Assembly: GCA_951406725.2 (NCBI GenBank)
Contig: OX597816.1
Coordinates: forward strand, 132,308,001-132,372,000
Length of the DNA: 64,000 nucleotides
Reading direction: 5' to 3'
DNA from: Octopus vulgaris
Lineage: Eukaryota
The translations under genes and the position numbers were made by a program. Below are positions 52,359 through 63,864 of the stretch, piece by piece; the first letter of the stretch is position 1, and each line of letters begins with the position of its first letter. The notes below the pieces were generated by a model that worked only from the letters and a program-made list of their open reading frames with translations, ran no database searches and was not told the origin of the DNA.

Positions 52359-54644
52359 AGAAAATGAGAGAGACAGACAACACTGAATTGTAAATGTGTA
52401 ATACAATGCTAAATTCGATTGACTTATTCTTAAAATATTCCTTTAAAGAAGTGATGTTTATTGGTGTTTACTATTTTCTGCCTTCTTTGTTATTTACTGG
52501 TCTTTTTTTTTTCCATTAAATCTAAAGTAGTTTTTATTTTATGAAGCAATAATGCCATCCTTGCAAATCTAATTGATGTTTTTCTCTGATATCACTGGAA
52601 AGGTTATTGAAATTTATTTAAGCTGTTCTGAAACTTGATTTAATATCCATGCAGCATTAATCCCTACTTTCTCTCCTAAATCATCTCTTTACTCTTTTTG
52701 TGAAATATTCAGAGGATTTTTTCTTTTTTTTTTTAGATTAATTTGTATATCTCTTTAGTGGGTTTTGTTGAGTATTTGGATAATTTTAAATGTTATTTTC
52801 TAAATCTCTAGTCTCATCCTCTTCTGGTATTGATCTAGATATAATGCACTGTGAACCATAAACTATTGCTCAGTAATGCCATTTAACTGATTTCTCCTTC
52901 ACTTCTTTTTCTCGTGTCAAGGATCAGATTACTGACTGGAATGCAATGGATTCATAACGTACAGAATATTTCATTTAAACTCAACAAACCATTATTGAAA
53001 TCTTCGTTTTTGTATCTGGTTTGCAAGATTCTTTATGTGAATTTGCATACTGAAGCAAATTTTGTTTTGCCTGGGGAGAGTCATACTGTCTTAATGCCTT
53101 AACACACTGGTTCAATTTTCCCTCATTATTTATATATTTATTTATTTTCAAATATGAATAATAAATGAATGGAAATTGAATCAGTGAGTATGTTAAATAA
53201 TAAGGCAGTATGTCTCTTCCCAGACACCACATTATTGAAATGTTTTGATGTTTAGTCTAGTAATTCTCAAATTGACAAATTCCAGGCATCCCAACCAAAA
53301 TTGTAGGGAAATTTTTTCCCCCTCTCTAACTTCATCTTTTTGTTGATGAGAGGTAAAATAGAAATTACATCCTTATATTTATTCTTTGTCCAGTATGGTG
53401 CTGGACAAATTGTGATTTATTGAGCTGTGTCTTGCTCCTGTAGTAATAGATTATGTATTTAAATAAAACAAATAACTATTGGCAATTGAGTCATTTTATC
53501 ATGTTATTTATGTAACACAAATTCACTGTTGAAACAGTTGGATGTAGATAAGATTACCCCTTCCCTTTGACCTTAGCAACCCAGTAAAGGATTATCTGCA
53601 TATAAGTGCATATATGCCATTATGTATGCACTATTTATTGGTGGACACAGAATATACTAGCAGTACTTTGAGCTAATGTTGTAATTGTCATAGCCTTTTT
53701 AGACTGTGGAGATAATTAGTTGAAATAAATCAGGTGAATGTTTAATGAGAATTGTTGTAAGCTGCTGCTCACTATGAAATAGTAGGCAAAAGTGTACTTT
53801 TAGAGAGATGAGGTTCTAGAGGGTAATAATAGGTCAAAGAGTTTAGTAACGCCTCTAAGTGATGAAGTTAAAAGTCAGTAAGAATAGAGGGAAAGAGGAA
53901 AGATATGTTCTGGTTTCAAATCCTGCTGATGTCACCTTTGCCTTTTATCCTCCCTGGGTTAATAAATAAAGTACCAGTCTAAGATACTAGACTGGTAGAA
54001 CCATTACAGAATCAGATGAATACCTTGCAGTATTTGTTCCAGCTCCATGCATTCATTATCATCATCATCATTTAACATCTGCCTTCCATGCTGGCATGGG
54101 TTGGACGGTTTGACAGGAGCCTGCACCAGATTTCTGTGTCTCTTTTGGCATGGTTTTTATGGCTGGGTGCCCTTCCTAACACCAACAACCCAGCATTCTA
54201 AGTTCAAATCCTGCCATTGCCTTGTTTTACACCATTACCTGGTCCTTAGGTTCCTTTTGTGGAGTTTACTCTGTAGCAAATATTCAGGCCATGTTTGTGG
54301 CTTGAGGATACCTTTCTCCTGAATTAGTACTAAGATAATGTATATATGTATATAACCAGTAAATTTAAATTGAAGTCCATTGTAATAGCCAGTGCCATCG
54401 TAAGATATAGACACACTGGGTTGTTACCTGGATCTCACATGTCTGGAGGGGTTCAGTCCTAATCTACGCACACTTTTGAATACATGTTGATTACATATGT
54501 AGTGGTCCCAGTGCATTACTTTGCCCAAGGGCCTAGAAAGCTATTAAGACAATTCTGGTAGTTGCAGCTACAAATTAAGCAAACAGGACAGGCTTGCCAT
54601 AACTAACAAATAATGGGTGACTGAAGGGTTTATATATGCATGCA

Positions 54645-54940
54645 CAGGCATAGTCGTGTGGTAAGAAGCTTGCTTCCCAACGACATGGTTTCGGATTCAA
54701 TCCCATTGTGTGGCACCTTGGGCAAGTGTCTTCTACTTATAGCCTCAGGCCAGCTGAAGCCTTGTGAGTGGATTTGGTACACAGAAACAAAAAGCAACCC
54801 ATCATGTATGTGTGTGTCTCTTTATGTCTGTGTTTGTCCACCCCAACATATCACCACTTGACAACCACTGATGGTGTGTGTACATTATTGTAACAGAGCG
54901 GTTCAGCAAAAAGACTGCTAGAAAAAATACCAGATTTAAA
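54645..54940 (+). mobile_element. Family B SINE
   Basis: GTGTGGTAAGAAGCTTGCTTCCCAACGACATGGTTTCGGATTCAATCCC...GGCACCTTGGGCAAGTGTCTTCT. Confidence 0.85.
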
Positions 54941-54941
54941 A

Positions 54942-54983
<42 letters not shown>

Positions 54984-55180
54984 CATACTTCATCATCATC
55001 ATTTAGCGTCCGTTTTCCATGCTAGCATGGGTTGGACGGTTCAACTGGGGTCTGGGGAGCCCGAAGGCTGCACCAGGCCAGTCAGATCTGATATATATGT
55101 GTATGTATGTGTGTATATATATGTATGTGTGTATGTATGTATGTATATGTGTATGTGTGTGTATATATATATATATATAT

Positions 55181-56165
55181 CTGTAAATGTAATAGTTGAC
55201 AATTATTCGGTAGCCATGATAAAACCCCGAGTTTCGGATACTGAGGTGGAAATCCACACCACCATCTCTTCAATTATCCGGCCATCGGAAAAATGCTATG
55301 AAAAATGACCATTATAGAAAGGGAAATTACTCTGTGATTAACCGTTATTAAGACAAAAGAGCTATTCGAATGACCACTGAGTAAGGAGAGGAAGTAAAGT
55401 AAGGGGGTAAAAGGTTCATAGTATTCGCGTAAGCACGCCTGTTCATATCTACACATGTGCGCCCGCACACCCACGTGCGTGCGCCTAGAGGTATACATTC
55501 ATCTACACTCACTTGAAAACGTACACATCCTTCACCAAATGTATATGCATATACATACAAACCCACATACACACACGCGCACCATAAAGGTTCATACATG
55601 TGTCTATATATGCACTAGCAAAAACAGAGCTAAGGGTAACAATACAGAAAAAAGGTGTAAGGGAGTATGCAAAGAGTAAACTACATCTATATATGCACAT
55701 ACTCATGCACGCACGCCTATATACATGCATACCCGCACATGTCTATATATGCACGCACACATACGCACACAAAAAAGTTCATACACGTCTATATGCGCAC
55801 ATACACAAAGCAGAGCTAAAGGCAAAAATACAAGAAAATGTGTAAACAAACAATGAGTAAAACATGTCTATATATGTACATACTCGCATGCATGCATACA
55901 CACACATCTATATACGCGCACACACGCACACAAAAATATATATACGCACAGGGAAAATGCAGGGTGCTATACACCAATATCTCTATAAATATGTGGCAAA
56001 TATATATATAAAAATATATATAAATAAAAGTATATATGTAAAAGGTATAAAGAGATATAAAGCTTGTACATGGACACAATATAGAAGGCAAGTCCTATCT
56101 GTAATCTGCGGGGGGACCAAAAACATAACAAATATTTGGCCACATGCAAATAGTTACAATTTTTT
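55181..56165 (-). mobile_element. Probable 5'-truncated Penelope-like retroelement (Neptune-like) 3' fragment
   Basis: CpG-rich block ending in (TA)n. Its minus-strand start encodes frameshifted KIVTIC/HVAKYLL, resembling the PLE C-terminal motif (E)IVSxCxHxxK(F/Y)LL. It has an internal CA-rich tandem of about 185 bp and a hammerhead motif near the 3' end. Confidence 0.6.
55206..55290 (-). ncRNA. Type-I hammerhead ribozyme motif (C3U variant)
   Basis: Minus RNA: GAUAA-UUGAAGA-[31-nt stem II]-GAAAC-UCGGG-GUU^UUAUC. Stem I GAUAA/UUAUC extends through UGGCCG/UGGCUA. Stem II is capped by GUGG-AUUU-CCAC. Confidence 0.7.
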
Positions 56166-57282
56166 TGACTGACTTTTGTCAATGTTATGATTTTTTTTTT
56201 CCCTTTTGACATTTGATAGCCATTACTTTTAGCTTATTTTAGAAGCAAATTGCATGTAATTTTGTTTACAGCTGTTAGTTCAGTGTCAATTTTAACATGG
56301 AGTGCAAAAACAAACATTTTCACCATATTTTGCTTTTTTATTTCCATAAAGAAAGCAAGAAAGCTGCTGAGGCTCACAAAGAAATATGTGAAGTTTATGG
56401 TGTTGATTGCTTAACAGAATGCAGAGATGGTTTTAAAAAGTCCATCCTGGAGATTTTTCACTCAGACCAATGTTCTGATTGACTTACTGAAGTTGATGAT
56501 GACCAAATCAAAGCCAAACTGAATCTGGTTGTCATATAACTGCACGAGAGATTGCAGAAAGGTTAAATTTATCACATGCAATTGAAAATCACTCATTATG
56601 GGTTCCACATAAATTGTAAGAGATTCACTTATGACAATGAATCAATATTTGCGATATGCATCTCAAACAATAAAATTGACCTTTTTTTAAGCAAATCATC
56701 ACTGGTGATGAAGAAAGAGATTGTCTACAATAACATCAATCAAAAACGATCATGGTCCAAATGCAATGAACCAGCGCAAACCACATCGAAAGCTGAATTG
56801 CGTTAAAAAAAGGTCATGTTGTCAATTTGGTGGGATTATAAAGGTGTTGTGTATTTTAAGCTGCTTCCATGGAATCTAACAATCAATTCAGATGTTTACT
56901 GTCAACAACTAATGAAACTGGAGTAAGCAATCAAAGAAAAATGACCAGAATTATTGGAGCTTGGTTGGGAAGTGATGTCACATCAACCATGTAGCCCAGA
57001 CCTTGCACCATCAGATTACCATTTATTTCGAAGTTTGCAAAATTCTTTGAATGGTAAAACTTTCAATAATAATGATGATGACCTGAAGTTACTCTTATTT
57101 CAGTTTTTGGTTGATAAGGATCAGAAGTTCTATGACCACAGAATCATAAGTTGCCAGAAAGATGGCAAAATATCATAAAACAAAATGGAAAATATATAAA
57201 TGATGAAAGTTCATTCTTTGTCTGAAAAAAAAATGCCTTTTATTTCACACTAAAAAACCGAAATTACTTTCTTGCCTACCTA

Positions 57283-57283
<1 letters not shown>
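56166..57283 (+). mobile_element. Decayed mariner (mellifera-subfamily-like) transposon
   Basis: Right TIR reverse complement TTAGGTAGGCAAGAAAGTAATTTCGGTTTTT, followed by TA at 57284. The left TIR is absent. A transposase relic lies inside. Confidence 0.92.
56297..57200 (+). pseudogene. Mariner DD34D transposase pseudogene
   Basis: MECKNKHFHHILLFYFHK..AAEAHKEICEVYG (HTH), WVPH (about 56600), IITGDE, KVMLSIWWDYKGVVYFKLL, TINSDVYCQQL and [21 protein letters not shown]. Multiple stops and frameshifts. Confidence 0.95.
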
Positions 57284-57333
<50 letters not shown>

Positions 57334-57982
57334 CGTGTGTGTGTTTACATCTTCCAAATCTACTCAAAAGGCTTTGATCAGCCCGAGGCTATAGTAGAAG
57401 ACACTTGCCCAAGGTGCCATGTATTGGGACTGAACCTGGAGCTGTATGGCCAAGAAGCAAATGGAGCACCAAGTTAGCCTTTCTTAAAGAGACCTGTGGT
57501 TAAAGGTATTCTAAGCATATCCAGCCTTTCTAAGACAGTAGGGTTGGGATTTGAGGAAGATTTGTTAGCTATCTCTTCTCGTTGTTTGAACATGTAGAAC
57601 TACCTTTGACTTGAATACATTCTAGGATGTCTCTTTGATGGGTTGGTGGATCCCTCTCAGACACATCATCAATTTTGAACCCTGTTTAATTGGACTATTA
57701 GTATTTAACCCTTCTGAATTAGTGTGAAAGTTTGAGTATTTTGGTATGTGTAGCCCAAAGATGATCTCTGATTAACTGTTACAATTCAAAGCCGACTGTT
57801 CACATTTGCTCCATCAATGGATCTGCCTGAAAGTCCTTTCAGTTTGTATCACTTGGACTGATCAATCGACCTGGATGTCCCAAGTGGGTTAATCTACTGA
57901 GCTATCAACCTATTCATTGAATTGGGGTCTTTCGATTACAAAATAAGCTTTTTAACCATTTGGCCATGCTCTCCCCTTCTCG

Positions 57983-58018
<36 letters not shown>

Positions 58019-58527
58019 GTTTCTCCCTTTCTTGCCCAGCTCCCTTTCTCTCTCCCTCTTCCCCCTTCTGTGTCTCTTCCTTTCTATCTCTGTCACTGTT
58101 TATGTGTGTGTAACAATGCATCCACACACATTCATACATACACTTGTACAAACACATTCATACACCATGCACATACATGCTCCTATGTATCTGGTATATT
58201 TATGTGTGTGTGTGTGTGTGTAAGCAGAAAAATGGCAGGCCATTGATAAGAAATCATATGGTCTGTTAAACAAGAGCTTCTGACTAAAAATAAGCTGTAT
58301 CTTCCAACTTGTTGCTATAGGGTTGGAATTTAACTGAGGTGGCTGCGTAAGGCGGGGGGGGGGTAATAGCTCAGCAGCCAAGCAGAGGTGGAGAGGGAGT
58401 ACTGTGACCTGGTTATTCTTTTATTTTCCTTTGGGATCTGCTATATCACTGTAGGTATTTTGTTTGACAAGTCAGTGTGTGTGTTGGAAGAGTGAGAGAG
58501 ATAAGAAGAGAGAGAAGTGCTTAGTTC

Positions 58528-58558
<31 letters not shown>

Positions 58559-59072
58559 AAGTTGTTTCAAATTTCTTTACCCACTAATCTACTTTTGACC
58601 AATCACAGCTACTCTGCTCTGCTTTCTGGCTTATCATACAAGCTCTTTAGAGATTTTTATACTCCACTCACTCTGCTAAACTGTCATTCTCTAATACTTT
58701 GTTTAATAAGTCTGTGTGTGCATATATGTGTGTATAAGTGCACATGTGTGTGAATATGTATGTATGTGTACTAATGACAAGCTTTAACTTTATATACTTT
58801 TATATACTGTTATCTCACAATACAGCAGATTTAATAGTGTGTAGCCTAAAGGTTGGGAATATTGGCTAATTTTGGTGGGAAAAAAGGTTTTTGTGTAATG
58901 TGTGTGTGTGTGTGCTTGTGCGTGTATGTTTATGTGTCCATACATGTATGTTTGTGTGTGTGTGTGTGTGTGTAGATTTACACATGTACACATACATGCA
59001 TACATACATACATGTCATTTTCATATCAGCTTTTCCGTGATATCATAGGTTGGTTGAGATTTCATGAGGTAG

Positions 59073-59920
59073 TATTCTACAGCTAGATACCCTTCCTGAC
59101 ACTAACTCTTGCTTGTTTTCAACTGAGATATTTGAATTCACAGATCTACTGTGAATATATCGGCTTTATGATGCAAACAGGAAAATTTTATTTATATAGA
59201 AGTGTAATTAAAAAAAAATAAATAAAAATGGATAATTCCTACCATGTGGATAAGTCATGATTTAGTATGCATGGGCAACCACTTGTCTTTCATAAACAAC
59301 TTTGTGCAGACTTGTGCCTTGAAGGTAACTTTCTAGGTGCAATCCTATGGTCATTCATTACCAAAGGGGGTCTTTACCCATTATCCTATTCTGCAGCTGG
59401 ATACCCTTCCTAGCACTGACCCTTGCTTGTTTTCAACTGAGATACTTGAATTCACAGATCTATTGTAAATATATCGGCTGTATGATGCAAACAAGAAAAC
59501 GTTATTGATGTAGAAGTGTAATAATAAAAAAGAGAGCACAAAACTCCACCAAGGCAACACCAATGTCTTCTCAACAATTAGCCAGAGATGATTTTTTAAA
59601 TGAGAATATCTGAAATAAACTCAACTGCTCTCACAAACGAGAATACTAAAAATGAACCCAACCACTCTCAAAAATTAAGTAAAGAAAAAAAAATGGAAAA
59701 ATAATCCAGAATCCTGGTACCAGATCAATCCCAAAATCTAATCATTTTGCGCCAGTCATGAGGCCAACCATCTCTGAAAGTTTCATCCAAATCCATCCAG
59801 CGGTTCTTGAGTTATCTTGTCCATAGACAAACAAATGCAACTCAAAATAATACCTCTGCCTTTGCTAAGGTGGAGGTAATAATGGATAATTCATAACAAG
59901 TGGATATGGGTTATGATTTG
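59073..59920. repeat. Local direct duplication of about 190 bp (59073-59265; 59387-59530 plus 59881-59920)
   Basis: TATTCT(A/G)CAGCT(A/G)GATACCCTTCCT...CTTGCTTGTTTTCAACTGAGATA...GAATTCACAGATCTA...TATGATGCAAACA...AGAAGTGTAAT...AATGGATAATTC occurs twice. Confidence 0.9.
59531..59880 (-). mobile_element. Non-autonomous Helentron / DINE-like element, second copy
   Basis: Colinear with 21770-22133, with identical terminus AATACCTCTGCCTTTGCTAAGGTGGAGGTAAT. Confidence 0.88.
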
Positions 59921-60231
59921 CTAATAGACAGTACCCATGACTTAGAGCAGAAATATTCAAAGTTCCAAGTCACATTCCTTCCTTTATAATCTCAGATAAT
60001 GTTAAAAATAATTTACTCTGAACAGTTCAGGTACACTATCTGAAATTCCTACTTTCTTCTCTATATTTTAAGTTAGGATGTGGGCCTGAGGTTGTTTAAT
60101 TTCAGGTTTTGCTTCTGTACCTGGAATTTCTTCTATCATCCCACTACAAATTCAGTTATGAGAACGAGATCATCAGTATATAGGAGTTCCCATGGGTATC
60201 TGATCTTAAACTCTTCTGTTATGGATATGGA

Positions 60232-60910
60232 ACAGGTGTGGCTGTGTGGCTGACAAGCTTGCTTCCTAATCATATGGTCTTAGGTTCAGTCAAACTGTGA
60301 TGAACCTTGGGCAAGTGCCTTCTGCTAATGTCTCTTACCAAATAAAAGTGTTGTGAGTTGATATGTACCCTTGTCTTGACATCACATGGTAATTGTAAAT
60401 GAACATCAACATCATGCAAGTAACATTGTATGTTTCCGTTCTTCTCTTAAAAAACATGTTTATCTATGGGAAAATATTACTTTGCTTGGAAATAGGTGAG
60501 GGTTGGTAACAGGAAGGTCATCTGGCCATCGAAAATCTGTCTCAACAAATTCCGACAGGCTCATGTAAGCATGGAAAAGTGGACAGTAAATTATGAGGAT
60601 GATATCTTTTATCTTTTACTTGTTTCAGTCATTAGACTTTGGCCATGCTGGGGCACAGCCTTGAAGAATTTTTTGCTGAATATATTATCAACCCCAGTAC
60701 TTGTTTTCCATAAGCCTGGTACTTATTCTACCACTTTCTTTTGCTGAACCGCTCTTACATGCACAGACACATGATAGGATCGTCCACAGTTCCCATCTTT
60801 GAAATTTCACAGACAAGGTTTTGGTTCTTATAGAAGACAGTTGTCCAAGTTGATGGGCAGTGGAATCTAACCAAGACCACATGGCTATAAAACAAACTTT
60901 TAAACTATAC
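60232..60910. mobile_element. Two family B SINEs tail-to-tail (+ 60232-60600; - 60605-60910)
   Basis: The + head GTGTGGCTGTGTGG...GGTTCAGTC...CCTTGGGCAAGTG is followed by the reverse tail TCTTTTACTTGTTTCAGTCATT...GCCATGCTGGGGCAC and reverse head remnants. Confidence 0.75.
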
Positions 60911-61599
60911 ACTCAGTCAATTATTTTGATATTCCTTCTTTTTTGTTGGGAAAGGGTTGTATGGAGATTGTTGACTGGAAGTTTTCAAATGATCCATCTT
61001 ATAACTAGATTAGAGTTTAGGAAAATTGGTTAAAATCTATTATTCTGATTATCTATCTGGTCATTATGCCTTAACACTATCTCTGAGTACAGTATGTTTC
61101 CAGCTGGGTCCATAATATTTTATTTTCTTACTACCTCATTAAAAAATGTAAATAAAATATTAATTAAACTACCTGCTCATGGGTACTGGGTTCAGATCCA
61201 CAATAGACAATCTGTTCTCTTTCAGAGTAGAATGTGTTAATCTATATGCCTTCAGTTTCTCTAACTGTTGAAAACAAGCACAGTGTTATCTGGGAAGTTT
61301 TACTTTCAGTAGACTGACATACTATCCAGGAGAGAGATTTATCTCTCATCCACTTAACACCATTAAGTCAAAGCTTAAATAGTTGGGAGGTGTTAAAAAC
61401 ATTCATTGATAAAATAACATCCAGTAAGTGTTTTTTGTTTTGTTTTATTTTTGCATTTTTTTTTTTTACCTTTTCCAAATTTTTGCCAACAAAACAGCAT
61501 CACGGTCATCACCACAATAATCAGAATCATGCTTTCTGCCACTAACACCAAGTACAGTAATGTCTAGACTAGCAGTTCTTTTAAATATGGAATATATAC

Positions 61600-61880
61600 T
61601 ACTTTTACTTTTATTTGTTTCAGTCATTAGGTTGCTGCCATGCTGGGGCAATGCATTGAAGAATTTTAGTCAAACTGTTCAACTCCAGTACTTACCTTTT
61701 TAAGCCTGTCACTTATTCTATCAGCCTCTTATGCTGAACTGCTAAGCTATAGTGATGTAAACACACCAACATTGTTTGTCAAGTAGTGGCGGGAGACAAA
61801 CACACGCATGCATGCGTAGATATATATATATATATAAATAAACGATGGGCTTCTTTCCACCCACATGGCTTTGGTTGGCC
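61600..61880 (-). mobile_element. Family B SINE 3' part
   Basis: TTGTTTCAGTCATTAGG...GCCATGCTGGGGCA...TAAGCCTG...GCTGAACTGCTAAG...GATGGGCTTCTTTC. Confidence 0.8.
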
Positions 61881-61984
61881 TGCTCGCTTAGCTAGCGGTT
61901 AGCCTTCATTCGAAGGCTAAAACAATGCAAACGCATTGTGACCAGCGATGTGTAACAACATCTGATGGTCTGGTCGGTCACGTG

Positions 61985-62022
<38 letters not shown>

Positions 62023-62254
62023 CAGAGAGAGAGAGAGAGCGCATTGTATCTTTGTTGAATCTATTTTGTATTTTATAATTTTACAACACTAAAATATGTA
62101 ACAAAATTGTGTGAAGTTATCAAAATCACATCTCTCAGCAGTTTCAAAACAAACTTGATGATACGGATAATGCTGTACATAATGATTAAAAACTTCCGTA
62201 ATCAAAACAACTTCTGTTCACTAAAGAATTGCTACTACTCTCTCTCTCTCTCTG

Positions 62255-62286
<32 letters not shown>

Positions 62287-62646
62287 CCTTGAATTACTAA
62301 TTTAGGTGGAGCTTTGGGTAGAACTTTTATGTAGTTGCTTGACTTGCTAGAAATAGCAAGAAAACTCCTTCAAATAACAGTGTACCATCTAGAAAAATGA
62401 GGAGGGATACACTGAATCATGTGGGACATAAGTATACACAACAGAAGAGATGGTTACTTCTGGATTGCCTTTGATCATAGATCTGCTTGTTCAGGACTGA
62501 CCTGAGGATTAAATGATATCAACAATAATTAATTGACTCTAGATAACAGCACAGCCATGTAGTTTAACCACTTAGATAATGAGAAACAGGTCATACTTGT
62601 AAAAGAAGAGTAAAAAGAAATGCAATGCTTATTCTTGTTATTTAAT

Positions 62647-62688
<42 letters not shown>

Positions 62689-63864
62689 CCCCCCCACTGT
62701 TATAAAGGTGTGAAGTGGATCAGAAGATAGATAATTGATGACAGTCAAAACTACTATATGTTTGTTTGGCTGTCTCCCTGGAGTCTTGTAGGCTGGGGCC
62801 TGGTGAGCTTTAAACCTTTATTGTGTTGCAGCTATTATGATGTTCAGTTGAAATTCTAGTAGCTTTCCCAAGTCATTATCTTTTATATTGTTGTTGTAGC
62901 CAATCTCAGCAGCTTTATCAGACAGAGGATTAGTTAACAACAACACCACCACCACCACCATCACCACTCTCGGATATGATGTGGTGTTTTGTTTGACTCT
63001 CTGTTTCGACAACACTGTAAGGGAATGTTCCCACACTCCAGCTAACTTTACTGCACATGAGAAATCTTTTTAGCTATCAACTCACTTTTACCTCTCTGTC
63101 TTCTTCATTTGTTGGTTGGAGCAAATCACACACACACACACACATACACCTCTGTGATCATGGAACTAAAATATATTTAATGAGAAAGGAAAGGGTCCTC
63201 ATGAGATGTATATATGATGGTGAGTGTGTAAGTGAATGAGTGAAACCAAATCACGTGTTTTACCAATGTTTTTTTTTTCTTTTCATTTGCTGTCAGTTTA
63301 GCTGTTGTTCTATGATTTACGTAGATGGTTTTCTGTCATTTGACTGGTTTAGAGTTAAAAATACATTATAAAATATTTAAAGAAAACATAAAAGCAATAC
63401 TTTTATGATATTTTTTTTACAGAAATCATTGTAAATGCTTAATTGAATTGGCCAGTGACTGAAAGGAATTTAAACTACATATGTACAAACACACACACAC
63501 ACAGGGAGCAGGCATAGTTGTGTTGTGAAGAAGTTCATAGGGTTTTGGGCTCAATCCCATTGCATGCTCGGCAAGTGTCTTCTACAACAGACCCAACCTT
63601 GTGAGGGGATTTTATAGATGGAAACTAACAGAAGCCTTTTGTGTGTGTGTATACATGGCTGTGTATGTGTTAGTTTCTCTTTGTCTTGACATCACATAAC
63701 AGTTGTAAATGAGTGTCACAAATCTACCAGAATAGTCTTTCATGTTCAACCTTCTACAGAAATATGTCTGGCTTGCTTAGAAACAAGTGGCAACTGGAAG
63801 GGCATCCAGCTGTAGAAAACCTGCCTCAGTAAATTCCATTTCACACACACGCACACATATCTAA

